From Tubulanus polymorphus (taxonomy: Eukaryota > Animalia > Nemertea): a stretch of 64,000 nucleotides of DNA. The stretch is taken from assembly GCF_964204645.1 (NCBI RefSeq), contig NC_134034.1, positions 8,506,962 to 8,570,961 on the forward strand, given 5' to 3'. Under the pieces are notes generated by a model that was not told the origin of the DNA, made no database searches, and saw only the letters and a list, made by a program, of their open reading frames with translations. Each line of letters begins with the position of its first letter. Position 1 is the first letter of the stretch. Below are positions 49,903 through 64,000 of this stretch, piece by piece. A program made the translations under genes and the position numbers.

Positions 49903-52790
49903 ACATTCTGGGTTTTTTTTACAACTAACCCTTAGCAATCCACTGTAATGAACAATTTACTTTGTTTTGCTAAATTAACTACTTGTAATCAATTCACCAT
50001 AGAACTGTGGTCGATCCTAACAAAGAGTCCGGCGTGCTATTCTAAACTTCAGTGGACAAAAATCTCTTTCTAAAAATTATATTGCTAAGATATTCTTAGT
50101 CTTCATCCTTCAGCATGAACTCTAGGCCTGGATATATTTCGGATTCATTAAATGGTATCATGTGTGTGTAGAACGTTTGGGCGAAGGTATTATCCCCCTG
50201 GATCACGCGTAAAACAAACAGAAAACATATTTTCATACATAGGTCATCGCATTATAGAAATTGAACTGATGACAAGTTGTATTAAATCTCTATAGATCAA
50301 ACACTGTTAAGGAAAATGCATTATGTGTGTTGTTTCTATATAACTACTATCGACTGTGCGCCTCGGGCTCAGTCAACTCGCCATCTTCATGATTGAAATA
50401 TTTGATTAGGCAGTCCTATCAAAAGTGGCGTAAATTCATACAAGCGAATAATTTGTTGTTTCCAAAGGTTTTTGTTACCGGCTCGTCTACACGGTAATGG
50501 TCGAAAGTCCCCGGTAAAAATCCCCTAAGAATACCAATTAAAGAGCTTATGATTTGCTGCCGCTGGTATGTTTTCGTTTGTATTGCAAAATTAAGTCCAA
50601 AATAACTGGAATCGTTTTAAAGGATTTCTGTGAAAATTTTCAATTTTTCCCCACACGTCAACAAGTGCCTTTCAAATCAAGATCGATTCCTCATGCGTAA
50701 AAACGATTGAAGCAATTTTTGCAGTTTTATTTATTTATGGTTTGATACGTCAAGATTTCAGTAAAAAGGGCAACATCATCGTTTATGTTAGCGAAGCTTG
50801 GTATACAAGCAGGCTGACAATAACAAGCCACTGAATTTTATCGGTTTAGGCTTTGTATAGCTCATTATCTATAGAAAGTCAGTGATTAAGTCCTAAGTAA
50901 ATATTGCTCAATTAAATAGAATTCATTATGACAATGTACAAGCGATGACAGGCCTATGAGGCACCCGTAAATCAAAAATGTATTTCACGGATTTTGCTGT
51001 GCGATGCGATAAATTATTGAAACTTTTTATTTAAAATATCTTTGAAATACTATTGAAATTTGAAATATTATTTTACCAGTGCGATAATTTTTAGTATTAG
51101 TTTAGTACTAATGAAGTATTTCAATCTTTGGATAAACGTTGGAAAAATGGCAAGGGGAAAATTGCCGCTAAATAAACATTAGAATTTGCAAGTTTTGTAA
51201 TAACTTTGAATTGTTAAATTTTACTGGACATTGGTGTATGCTGAATATCACGAACAACGAAACATATATCTCATAAAAACGTTGATTGACTTTTTCAACT
51301 TTCATCATTTCAATAACAATCAATCGATTTTTAAGTCGATTTAATTACCAGGATAGCGACTATATGCGTTTGTGCTTTTAATCAACTAGTTTCCGAATCC
51401 GTGGTATGTCAATCAAATAATAATTTTTAAGTCGAGAAAAAGTAAGATGCATTCTATCAACTAATTTCAATGTAAAGACTATAATGCTTCCTATATGAAT
51501 CAATACTAAAGCATTCATACCGCAGGCCACTTAATCTTAAGATTGATTGTGAGAGGTGTTTAAACATAATGGTCACATGAGTAATTAAATGGTTGTGTCA
51601 CAAAGGGAGAAATCTGCCTTAGACATAACATCCCGATATCTGGAGTTCTGGGCTTAGTAACGCATGTTTAGAATGAATTTTATCCAATATTTTTGTAACA
51701 TAATGTTTTCTCTCTGCAAATTCCTGACGTTTTCTGGGTGCTAACGTTCAGTGGCTAGTAGGCTGGATTGTATTTTCCCTTTATTTCATAGATCTCCATG
51801 CATATAAACTTGAACTGAACTGAATGGGAACTGAGTTCGGTTAGGAGTAAAAACCTCCTTATCAACTCCTATTTCTGAATTGTATATAAAGGAGTGAAGA
51901 AAGAAACAAACCCTCATACCGAATACACTTTTACGTATAAATGAGAATAATGCTCACTAGGACAATGGCTAATTTGCGAATTTGCGACCGTAAATGAAAG
52001 AAATACGACTCGAATAATTTTTTTTATCATGCGTGACACGCGAATCTCCTATGAACGCTAGTAATGAGAGAAGAATCCACACGAATGAAATGTATCAGCT
52101 TCATGATGATCTTTGATCTTTAATCCTTGAATGACCATTCTTAATTAACACAAAACACTTAATATAAATGATTTGTATCGATTACTATAGAATTTCCATT
52201 TAAAGAATGCATTTATCAAATTACGTCCATTGACTCCGAAAATGAACCTTTAAACCCGTAAATTAGCTAAACTCGTGCCGTTAAGCTATTTAGATTTATC
52301 GCAGTCTAGCGAAAATTTGTAAGCAAACCTAATATATTCCCTGTATAATCAAAACTTAATTTCTATGTTATGCACGTGTTTTAATTACGATTTCCCCTCT
52401 ACATGTTTATCGGGAAGGGCCTGATTACAATCTGATTACAATTGATTGTCAACAAAGTTATAGCAATTTACTGTTAGACAAAGAAAATACAAAATCTATT
52501 TAGTTTTCTAAAATTGTATGTAGGCCTATGTCTCATACCGTCTCATTACCTCGAACACTGTGTATCGTATCACTCGAAATTCATAAATCTACCGGCTTTA
52601 TGGCTTAAAAAAAACTAATTACACCCAAAACACCTATCTTTCTAAAATTTCAGGTTATAGCGTTTAGTGGTGGGAGGAAAAATTCCTCCCTAAATCAATA
52701 TACTTTGAATCTAAGACTCGGGTTCATTTTCCTTCAGTTGACAAATGAAAATATTTCGAATATCAGACCAGGTCCATTTTCCTTCGTTTG

Positions 52791-52826
52791 ACCATGGACG
52801 TATAAACTAGATTATACGTCCATGGT
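52791..52826. mobile_element. 36-bp palindromic micro-insertion with 3-bp TTG duplication
   Basis: ACCATGGACGTATAA-ACTAGA-TTATACGTCCATGGT; absent from the partner TIR at ~46780. Confidence 0.8.
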
Positions 52827-53638
52827 TTGACATAGGGAGGAACATTCCTCCCGACGTCGATACTTTGAATATCAGACCTGAAGGTCAAATTCTCTTCGTT
52901 TGACCTTGGGAGGAATATTCCTCCCAAAGTCAATTGTTAAAATATCGGACCCCATGGTCAAGTTTCCATCGATTGACATTAGGAGGAATATTCCTCCCGC
53001 AGTCAATTTTCACAATAGCGGTCCTCTTAATTGGTGACACTCAAAGAACGCGCGGCTCAGATTTCTATTGTGCGCCTATCGCGCGCTGCGCGTGAATCAC
53101 TTACGTAATCTTTTCTGTAAATGTGAAGACCTAGGGGGCATTATGTTCTCTAAAGCCCAATATTATCCCAAATTCCGGACTGTTAATAGGTTGATTTTAC
53201 AGCAGAGTCGACATGTTTCAACAATTTTTAACTGTTCATTTATGAATATTTGAGGACTTATGAACTAAAAATTAGTTAAATTTCTGATACATTTTGAGAA
53301 AGTCACAAAACATTTGAGACTGCGTTATATATATTAAATGTGCACGTCAGAACCAAATAATTGAAAACTGTTGGAAGAGGGTGAGAAAAAGAGGTCGCCT
53401 GTATGCCAAAGGTCTGGAGAGGAAATACTTCATGATGGCTAACTTTATAGATTGCGCGTTTTAAGTTAATACAGGAACTTTAATAGACAATTCTACCCTA
53501 GATTTTGAAAATAAATGTAGAATTTTCATTAAGGAACTGCCGACTGTTGAGTGTGCGGAATATTTGAATATTTTGAATGAACTTAACACACTGTTAGATC
53601 GGTTAGCGAAATTGGGTACAATGGTATATATACAATGG

Positions 53639-54374
<736 letters not shown>

Positions 54375-55970
54375 GTGCTATGATTTCCGTTATGGATAGC
54401 CAAATTTATCATAAATCCCCATTATTGAAAACTATTTCGATTAAAGAACGACAACTTAGTGTCGCTCACTCTGCAAACGGTTCTCTAGAGGGAACTGTAG
54501 AAATTCCGATTCAGAAAGGTCAAGAAAAGTTTAGACAGACGGTTTATTTAGCAAGTCCACTACAACAAAAGTTAAAATTTGGCCTAGATTTTATGAACGA
54601 AAAGAGAGTTCAGTTAGATTTTTGTACAGGGACAATGTCCTGAGATAAGGGTTATCCAATACAGCTACAAAAACAGGTTGGCCTCGGTCATCACGCCAAG
54701 GTTACGGCAATTAGCGATATGACTATTCCTCAAAAATCACAATGTAACATAAGCGGCAAACTAAATATGTATCTTGCAGATCATAACTACGTTCTCTTCG
54801 AACCGGATTATGAAAACCCGCTACAATATCAACAGTAACGAATGTATTGTGGAAATTCATAAGAGACGAGTACCACTAAAATTATGCAATACTACCAACA
54901 TACCTCTGAAAATTAGGAAGAGTACAGCCATAGGTTTTGTAACATTGGACTTTTCGGCAGTTTCACAAGATCGTTTCGACCAAATACATCAATTAAATGA
55001 ACAATCCGATATTAGAGATTATTTATGCCCCTTAGCAGTAAATAACTTGGACATGACGTGACCAATTCCGACCTGAGTCCGAACGGAAGAAAAAAAGTTG
55101 GAAGCTTTACTCGAGGAATATCGAGACATTTTTGCAAATGATAGTGGGGAGCTTACACGAGCTAATGTGCCGTGGCAACACCGGATCCATACCGGTGCAA
55201 CACCACCTATCGGGCGTAGACCGTATAAACCTCCATTTGCACTGAGGGAGGTCGAAGATAAGCTAGTTAAAAAGTTGGCTGAACAAGGCATTGTCAGGGA
55301 GTCCACGTTTGAATGGGCATCTCCGTGTATATTAGTACGCAAGGGGGGCCAAACAAATCCTGATGGCTCACCGTCCGATCGGTTGGTTCATGATTATCGC
55401 CAATTGAATAAGGCAACTAAAATTGATACGTTTCCTGGACCAACTATAGCAGAAATATTTACAAATATAGGAAAAAGGAAGGGTCCAATTGTTACGACCA
55501 ATTGAGAATCCTCTGGAAATCTTGTTGCGAATTCCTCGAAGTCAAGTATTAAAGACCAACGACTTCCACTTTTCAGATAACAGCAATTTATTTTACGTAG
55601 TACTGGTCTGGCCGTAACTCTCGAACTGCCTGCATGTTCACAAAACCAGATATTTATATTGAAGACCGTGACTGTGAACAGACAGTACAGTTCAGTGGTT
55701 CTTAGCACACATTATATATAGAAGTTATACAGACAGTTTAACAGAGAAATATGAATATACTTGATAGAATACCATGGAGATTATATACATTTCACATACA
55801 TGGACATAACAGACGCCCCCCCCCTTAAAAGGGTCAGTCAAATTTATTATAGCACTTTAATAAACTATAGAATGAACTGCAAAATGTTCAGCCGTTACTC
55901 ATTAAGACTTATCATAATTCAGAATTCCTTCTTCAAAATTCAATCATCACAGTAATAGACCTAAGTACAA

Positions 55971-57539
55971 CTAGATTCTGGAAAGAGCGTCGGCTATCAC
56001 ATTATTCTTGCCACGAATATGATAAATCTCAAGATTGTATTCCTGTAACATAAGACTCCATTTCATCAATCTTTTATTACGGTTACACATTGACTTCAGA
56101 AATGTTAACGGGTTGTGGTCCGTAAACACGAGTAGTGGAAACTTTCTCATGGATGTATACACATTAAAATGTTCAAGAGCGAGTATAAGTGACAAACATT
56201 CTTTCTCGATTGTCGAATAATTCAATTGTGCACCAGCAAACTTCTTAGAATAATAACATACCGGGTGCTCAATACCGTTTTCATCAGTTTGAACTAATAC
56301 CGCACCCGCGCCAATGTCCGAAGCATCCACAACTAATTTAAATTGTTTGCCGAAATCAGGTGCTAATAAGACAGGACTACAAGTTAACAAACTCTTCACA
56401 GATTCAAAAGCAATCTGACACTCTTTGGACCAGAACAATTTAACGTCTTTCTTCAGTAAATTCGTTAATGGTTGAACTACTGAAGAAAAGTTTCTGCAGA
56501 ACTTTCTGTAATATCCAGCCATTCCAAGAAATCTCATGATACTTTTTTTATCTATAGGAACCGGATAATCAATAATAGTTTGAATTTTAGCTGAAATTGG
56601 TTTGACATGTCCTTGACCAACTACGTGACCCAAGTATCTAACAGTCGCTTTTCCGAATTCACTCTTAGATAGATTAATGGTGAGATTAGCAGCAGTCAGA
56701 TTTTGGAACAAACCACGTAATTGTTCGAGATGTTCATTCCAATCGGTAGAAAAGACAATAATGTCGTCCAAATAGACAATGACACACACTAACCCTTTCA
56801 CAACTTTATTCATTAACCTTTGGAAAGAAGCGGCCGAGTTTTTCATGCCGAAGGGCATAACCTTATACTGATACAACCCATCCGGAGTTACGAAAGCAGA
56901 TATCTCTTTCGCACGGTCAGTCAGTGGAACCTGCCAGTACCCTTTATTTAGATCAAATTTCGACACAAATTTTGCTTTGCCGATTTTGTCAATAAGATCG
57001 TCAATTCTAGGCATCGGAAAACAATCTGTTTTAGTAAGTGAATTAACTTTCCTATAATCAGTGACAAAACGCCACTTACCGCCAGGTTTAGACACAAGGA
57101 TACATGGTGAGCTCCACTGACTGTCGCTAGGTTCTGCTACTCCTAATTTCAGCATTTCGATCACTTCTTCCTTCATGATTTCTGCTCTTTCAGGATTTAG
57201 ACGGTAATGATGTTGTTTAACAGGACGAGAATTACCAACATCAACATCATGTTTAAGGAGATCAGTTAAACCAGGTTTTTCTGTGAACAAATGTTTATAC
57301 TCAATTAGTAAATGAGTTAATTGAGCCTTTTCGTCAGATTCTAAATGCTCCAAATGACAACTAATCTTTTCAAGAAAATTATCACTAGTTACAGTTTCCT
57401 TAACATTGTTACTACCCGAACTAGAACGGTCCAAATAGTTATCAAATTCACAACAATCATCATCAATTTCATCTAAACTATTTACAGTTTGAACACTAGA
57501 ATACGATTCTGAGACTAACGGTCGGTTTAAAGCATGCAA
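55971..57539 (-). CDS. pol: Reverse transcriptase-RNase H of the Gmr1-type element
   Basis: WSSPCILV, DYRKVN, MPFGMKNS, YLDD, VDAS, TDHNPL, NVIADALSR. Confidence 0.96.
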   Translation of the reverse strand: MHALNRPLVSESYSSVQTVNSLDEIDDDCCEFDNYLDRSSSGSNNVKETVTSDNFLEKISCHLEHLESDEKAQLTHLLIEYKHLFTEKPGLTDLLKHDVDVGNSRPVKQHHYRLNPERAEIMKEEVIEMLKLGVAEPSDSQWSSPCILVSKPGGKWRFVTDYRKVNSLTKTDCFPMPRIDDLIDKIGKAKFVSKFDLNKGYWQVPLTDRAKEISAFVTPDGLYQYKVMPFGMKNSAASFQRLMNKVVKGLVCVIVYLDDIIVFSTDWNEHLEQLRGLFQNLTAANLTINLSKSEFGKATVRYLGHVVGQGHVKPISAKIQTIIDYPVPIDKKSIMRFLGMAGYYRKFCRNFSSVVQPLTNLLKKDVKLFWSKECQIAFESVKSLLTCSPVLLAPDFGKQFKLVVDASDIGAGAVLVQTDENGIEHPVCYYSKKFAGAQLNYSTIEKECLSLILALEHFNVYTSMRKFPLLVFTDHNPLTFLKSMCNRNKRLMKWSLMLQEYNLEIYHIRGKNNVIADALSRI

Positions 57540-57573
57540 GATTCCACTTTCTCATTATACGGTTTAAGCATAT

Positions 57574-60463
57574 TTATATGACACAATTCCATTCTTTTCG
57601 GCGATCAGGAGTTTGTATTAGATAGTCAACATCATTTAATCGCTTTTGAACTATGTACGGACCGTGGAATTTAGCAGTCAATGAATCGGTCCGAATAGGG
57701 AAGAGTACTAAAACTTTATCACCACAGTTGAATTTTCGATTTCTAGATTTCTTATCATACCAATGTTTCATCTGAATTTGTGCTTCTGCAAGATTTTCAC
57801 GAGCACATTTCCACGCGTTATGTAGTCTAGATTTGAAATCAGATACATACTTTAATAAAGGAATATCCTTTACATCCGACAACCAATGATCTTTAAGAAG
57901 TTTTAGCACTCCTCTCACTTGATGTCCAAATACTAATTCGAAGGGCGAAAAACCCAGAGACTCCTGTACCGACTCTCTCGTCGCAAAAAGTAATAAATGC
58001 ACCCCTTCATCCCAATCCTTTCCGTTCTCATTACAATATACTCTTAACATAGACTTTAAAGTCTGGTGAAATCTCTCAAGAGCTCCTTGTGATTCGGGGT
58101 GATAAGGACTAGACTTGCTTTGCGATATACCTAGCTGAAACATAACCTGTTGGAAAATGCCAGACATAAAATTGGATCCATTATCAGATTGTAACGATCG
58201 AGGAAGTCCAAACAATGTGAAAAACTTGACCAGAGCTTTACAAATTGAAGGTGTATCAATTTTTCTCAATGGAATAGCTTCAGGAAATCTAGTCGCTTTA
58301 CACATGATAGTAAGTAAGTATTGATTACCCGATTTCGTTTTCGGTAAAGGCCCTACACAATCACAAATTATCTCTGAAAATGGTTCACCAATGGCCGGAA
58401 TTGGTATTAAAGGAGCAGATGGAATTCCTGACTTCCCCTTTCCACTCACTTGACAATCATGACAAGTTTGACAGAATTTCACTACTGAGCTTTTCAAACC
58501 AGGCCAAAAGAAATGTCTCAAAATCTTACTATACGTCTTATTGACGCCCAGATGACCTCCTAATGGAGTTTCATGCGCAAAATGTAATATATCAGAACGA
58601 TATTCAACAGGTATAACAATTTGATAAACTGTTTGCCAATCGTTATTAGCAGGCGCCGTAGGCGGTCGCCACTTACGCATCAATATACCGGACTGATAGA
58701 AATAACCAGTAGAACTATCTAGAAGTTGTTCTTTTGAATCAACAGCACTATTCATGATATTTGTCAAACTCTGATCAGACGACTGTAAAACAACCAAATT
58801 ATCTTTAGACAACAAATTACAGTCAGGTATATCACAAGCAGAATTTTCAAATATTTTCTGAAGAAACGTTTTATCTAAATCAACTGCTAAATTTTCAGCA
58901 CTATCACCAGACAATTCAGAGATTTCTGTTTCCAAAGATTTAGACCTACTACGAGTCGTTACACAAGCAGGAAATAATCCTGGCGTTATTTCATTCAAAT
59001 TCTCTGTCGCCTCGTCACAGTTTGGGATCAAGCTAACAACTGGATTTAAGTAAACCTCTCCTCCAGCAATATCATTACCAAGTAAGAATTTTATATCTTT
59101 TACCGGTATGGAAGTACAGACCCCAACAACGAAAGATCCATTAATTATTGCCGAATTTAAATGAACTTTATGTAATGGTATACTCAGAACTTCATTGCCT
59201 ACACCCTTAATTAAGACATCTCTACCTGTATATGTTTTATCAGACAATGGCAACGTATTTTCTAGAATAAGACTTTGTGATGAACCAGTATCTCTAAGCA
59301 TTTTAACACTCACTGACGGAGATGAATCAATAGATACCGTACAGTCAGAAACAAAAGGATCATACAACTTAACCGAAGTAGAATGCATTTCAGGTTTACT
59401 TTGAAATTGTAGTGTTGTAGTGAGAACGGAACCAGACTGAGGTGAAGATGTACTATAAGTTTTCTCATTTTCACGTTTGTTTTGTAGCTTAAAGCAATTA
59501 GACATAATATGACCTTGCTTTTTACAGTAGTGACACACAATGGATTTATTTACATCCTTTCTAACTGTAGAATTATCAACCGTTTGAACTTTAGGTTTGA
59601 ATTGTTGATTTTTATTAACTTTATGAATCAATGAATATTCATCAGATGATTTAGCTGCTTCTGATAGATTATCAATTTTCCGTTCATCTAAATACGTATG
59701 TAAACTAGGAAAAATGCAACGTTTGAATTCTTCTAATAAGATAACTTGACGTAAACTTTCATAATCACGATTAACCGATTTTGAATCACACCAACGGTCG
59801 AAAAGCACCTCTTTTTCACGTGCAAACCCAACGTAAGTTTCGTTTTCATCTTTCTTTCGGTTTCGAAATTTTTGCCGATATGCTTCAGGAACTAATTCAT
59901 ACGCACGCAAAATTGACTGTTTAACGGTTTCATAGTTAGCACTATCTTCCGGTGACAAAGAAGAATAAGCATTTTGAGCTTTACCGACTAAAACGCTTTG
60001 CAATAAGAGTGGCCAAAATTGCTTTTGCCAATTAAGGCTTACCGCGACTTTTTCGAATAATAAAAAGTACTTATCTATTTCTTTTTCATTGAATGCAGGT
60101 ACCAGACGGATGTGTTTCGTGTTTCGTAACGTCGAAGTCCGTGTCTCAATGACGGTTGCTATTAAATTCAAGTTCTTTCAGACGCAGGTCGTACTCCAGT
60201 TCCATTTCTTTCAAACGAAGTTTCAGGCGTGTCTCGTATTGCAGTTCCAATTCACGAATCTCTGTATTTTCTGAAATAGGCTTGCATTCCGAATCTTTGA
60301 ATATACCCTTCGCAACCAAATAACTGGCAATAATATGTTTAATTTCATCTTTCTTCATTGACATTTTACACGAAACATCATAATGTTCGGCAACAGACAT
60401 GAGATCAGTTTTTCTGAGTCTATCCAAATATTCACTCGACGGTGACTTCAGAAATTCTTCCAC
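57574..60463 (-). CDS. Gag (SCAN-like region, CCHC)-protease-integrase of the Gmr1-type element; frameshifts near 60170 and 57540-57595
   Basis: ILLEEFKRC, CHYCKKQGHIMSNC, LRDTGSS, HETPLGGH..CHDC, DCVGP, SDNGSNF, ERFH, GPY. Confidence 0.94.
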
Positions 60464-62579
60464 TGACGAAATGATGAATAACTGATGAAGTCAAATAAGG
60501 CACAAAACAATAAATTTCACACGGTACCTTAATAGAAAGACGAAGACTTCATCTGGAGTCGAGAACCAGTACTACGTATGCTAAATGATATTTGCCGACG
60601 TTCAGTAAGGACGAGCCCCCATTTTGTTACGACCAATTGAGAATCCTCTGGAAATCTTGTTGCGAATTCCTCGAAGTCAAGTATTAAAGACCAACGACTT
60701 CCACTTTTCAGATAACAGCAATTTATTTTACGTAGTACTGGTCTGGCCGTAACTCTCGAACTGCCTGCATGTTCACAAAACCAGATACTTATATTGAAGA
60801 CCGTGACTGTGAACAGACAGTACAGTTCAGTGGTTCTTAGCACACATTATATATAGAAGTTATACAGACAGTTTAACAGAGAAATATGAATATACAAGAT
60901 AGAATACCATGGAGATTATATACATTTCACATACATGGACATAACACCAATATTTACAACTCTTGATCTACATTCAGGGTAGTTCCAAATACCCATGCAC
61001 CCTGATACAATAGAGAAAACAGCTTTTGTGTTCGATAGTAGGAAGTGGGAGTATTTGCAAATGGCTCAAGGTCTGGCAGGAGCACAAGCCACCTTTTGGA
61101 GAAATATTACATATGTTCTTAGGGATCTGTTACACGATATTTGCGAGCTTTTCCTTGATGATATTATCATATTTTCCGAAGAGTCCCATATTGAACATCT
61201 ACGGCTTGTGTTCCAACAGCTTAGGGAAGTAAAATTGAAGCTAAAAAGTACGAAATGTCATTTCTTCTCTAAGATCGTCAAGTATCTAGGATATCTAGTA
61301 TCCGAATCGGGGGTACTTCCATGTGGCGAAAAGATAGATAAAGTTAAGAATTGTGCGGATCCCAACAACCTTAAATCATTGAGGGGATTCTTGGGGTTAA
61401 CAGGGTTTTACAGATCGTTCATCAAGGATTATGCAACTATATCTAAACCCTTAACTGCACTTTTGCAGAAAGATATTAAAGTTGTGTGGTCAAAGAGTGT
61501 CAAACGGCTTTGAAACGCTTAAGGCTGCTCTTCAAACTCCGCCCATTTTCAAGTTCCCAGACTTTGACAAACCATTTATTCCACAAAGTGATGCAAGTAA
61601 TTTCGCATGTGGTATGGTATTGAGTCAAGTCGGTGAGGATGGGAAGGAACACCCAATCGAGTACGCCTCAAAACAGTTTACTAAGGCAGAATTGAATTAC
61701 AATACCAAACGCAAAGAATTGGCTGCTATATTATATGGAGTTCGTCATTTTCGACCATTCTTATACGGTCGACATTTCTTTATACAAACTGACCACACAA
61801 GTTTATCGTTGCTACTGTGGATGAAAAATCCTACTCCACAATTGTTGCGTATCCTTGATGAATTATCCGAGTATGATTTTCAAATTAGACATAAATCTGG
61901 TTGCATTCATGGAAATGCCGATGGTTTGAGTGGAATGAAGTTTGAAGATCCTATAGATGATTTTGCCGTCGTATCTGAAGTACATGTGGATTCAGTTCTC
62001 AAAGAACAAATGGAAGACAGAAATTTAGCTGACATTCTCAACTATTTGACTAGCGGTATATTACCGATTGATAACAAGGACGACGCAAGAACTGTTCTAC
62101 TGTCGGCCGATCAAGAATACACTAAATGATAAGGGTGTATTATATCATATCCCAAGGCCCCCTAAGAACCAGAATGGCGATTACTTCTTATAGCTTGTTG
62201 TGCCGGAGTCACTTATATTAGACATTTTAAAGTTCATGCATGACGAGCATATCACAGGTCATTTTGGGGTTCCTAAAACTTATGCGAGAATATACCAGAA
62301 TTATTTTTGTAAGAATTTGTATAGGGATGTAAAACACTTTGTAAACAGTTGCCCTGCTTGCAACCAACGTAAGAAACCTAGTAAACCTGCACGTGCTCCA
62401 GTCCTGCCTCAGGATATCCCTGATGGACCATTTGTAAAAATTTCCGTAGATTGTGTTGGACCTATTACTAAGTCCGAAGATGGTATGACGCAAATTGTAG
62501 TTTTTGTTTGTAACTACAAACGATACTGTGAGGCATTCGCTGTTCCGGATATCACAGCACCTACAATAGCCAATACCTT

Positions 62580-64000
62580 CTCTCTATTCTTGTCTCCTGG
62601 CGGGTTGTACCTTACATGAAACTACAAGAAACACACAATCTAAGAATAATGGAAATGATGAAAACGATGATTGAGATATTGAATAAGTATAATTTTTCAA
62701 CATACCGATGGAAAAATTCCAACTGACACATTGCATCAGATGGATATTGAATATTCAGATTGAAGTATAAAGCAAATAAGCCCTTAAGAGCATTCATATA
62801 TTCTCGCGTTTGAAGAATGACAGTACCGTCGACACTTCACATGTACTGAACCGTGTTACCTCCCAAAGCTGGAATTTAAAAAAAAACCGATTCTGAGGCA
62901 TAATCCTGAATTCAATTTCAAAATCAGAGCTCCTTTCTCACTTACTTAGCTGGATTATCAATGGATTGGCTGAGAGTGTTTCGTCAAAGTCTTCTGCTAT
63001 CGCGTGTACTTTCCTGATTACACTGGTGACTTTTTCTTTGAATGCCATTGCGAGTAAAGGTAGTGCAGAATGAATTCCATCAAATTCAAAATCATTGATA
63101 CCATTGACATAAGTTTTCTTTAGATACGCATACAAAGACCTACTCCTTGCGAGTACGTTTTCTTCCATGTTTTTGAAGTCAACACGTGTAATGTATTTGC
63201 AATATTTAAAAAATAGGGAAGTTCAAACAAATGTGGCCATTTGCATTTCAAAGCTGTAGTTGGCATGCTAACCTTGATATCAGCTTTTATAAGGTCAAAA
63301 GATTCAGTTATTAGTTGTTCTACGACGTTTGAAATTTTTTCTCCATCATTGTAGAGATGAGATAGTTTTAGTCGCTTTTCATCGACGATAACATGACTTT
63401 CCAGTGGTTCGCGTTTTCGTTTAGAACAAGAACTACGGTTTTCGTTATCACGATGATTTTCCAATGACCTTATTTTGCTCTCTTGTCCGTCAGAAATAAG
63501 TTGGTCTCCTAAGAAGAGGGAAAATGCCTTGTCATATTTTGCAACTAGCTGCGCAGCAATTTTTTTTAAATCTTTCCTCCCAGGCTTCTCGTCGTTTTTT
63601 TCTGGTTTTAAGATCGTCCCATAAAATTCGCATCAGATGAGAACGATCTCTCGATGACGGTCTCGCCCCGGCAGCTAGTATTGTGATGCCTTGGGGTATC
63701 TTGTGCCAGGGAATCGTGTATAGTGATTATCTTCACATGTAGGTTCTTGAACAGCGTATCACTCGTTGAAGCCAGGGATATAGAGCAACTGGGATCCTGG
63801 TACTCTACAATGAAAATATGAGATGAAATAACTTCTTAATCAATCATTTTTCATCTTTGACCGATAAGACTTATTAAATCTGAATGAATAATCCATCAAA
63901 TAGATGGAATTCTTTTTCAACTTGCCTAATAGTCCGAGTTTACTATTCATCGTGCAGAACTGAAAAACATCCTCGTCTAGTTCTACTTCTTCGTCTACCA
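62580..64000 (-). pseudogene. Probable accessory (non-transposase) gene of a CMC/EnSpm-like DNA transposon, intron-containing, decayed
   Basis: LKCKWPHLF and ALKGLFALYFNLNIQYP...LEFFHRY resemble the second ORF of animal EnSpm-like elements; replaces the Gypsy integrase 3' half. Confidence 0.55.

Larger units (their letters stand above)
46281..53330. mobile_element. ~7-kb non-coding foldback-type element with ~600-bp TIRs
   Basis: 46281-~46880 is the reverse complement of ~52630-53330 and near-identical in the outer ~500 bp; inserted at an ATAT site; no transposase recognised. Confidence 0.88.
55490..60946 (-). mobile_element. Young full-length Gmr1-type Gypsy element (gag-PR-IN-RT-RH), 322-bp LTRs, 5-bp TSD CCAAT
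   Basis: LTRs 55490-55811 and 60625-60946 (TG..CA; three differences seen); PBS TGGGGGCTCGTCC (tRNA-Pro) 60609-60621; G-rich PPT ~55816-55826; splits the host Gypsy RT. Confidence 0.97.

Noticed and set aside
46358-53253. Near-identical ORF pair 46358..46579(-) and 53068..53253(+)
   Set aside because: By-product of the inverted repeats; no recognisable domain.
60460-60510. Hammerhead ribozyme at CTGATGA (also ~50266)
   Set aside because: No flanking stems or correctly placed GAAA/NUH core could be built.
55394-60843. Duplicate MLRTTELY ORFs (55394..55708 and 60529..60843)
   Set aside because: They lie in the two LTRs; no evidence of coding.

Overview
AT-rich animal (probably invertebrate) genomic DNA made almost entirely of nested mobile elements; no host gene, rRNA, tRNA or CRISPR array is supportable. 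(1) ~200-15987: a mildly decayed Polinton/Maverick (adintovirus-like) with rve integrase+chromodomain, packaging ATPase, major and minor capsid proteins, several membrane-protein genes, a probable SSB and a protein-primed PolB with HNH insert. Only the right end is visible, and it is a 189-bp imperfect hairpin. (2) ~17300-43875: a head-to-tail, same-strand array of L1/Tx1-like LINEs from two families (A, fragment, B, A, B). It hosts a Harbinger transposon with nested MITEs, a TA-target TIR element and a 2,035-bp non-autonomous mini-Polinton (6-bp TSD, hairpin ends, one orphan ORF). (3) 43875-62577: a decayed Gypsy interrupted by a 7-kb long-TIR foldback element, a solo LTR and a young Gmr1-type Gypsy. 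(4) An EnSpm-like accessory gene at the right edge. Best candidate for an undescribed system: Polinton genes carry poxvirus-style promoter grammar (T-run+TAAATG; AATAAAAAT+TAAA; AAAAATGAAAA in the termini), and the mini-Polinton shares the hairpin termini and one promoter class. This suggests a virophage-like Polinton plus a single-gene satellite that depend on a cytoplasmic pox-like helper virus (inference). All calls are by eye; some frameshifts may be assembly errors.
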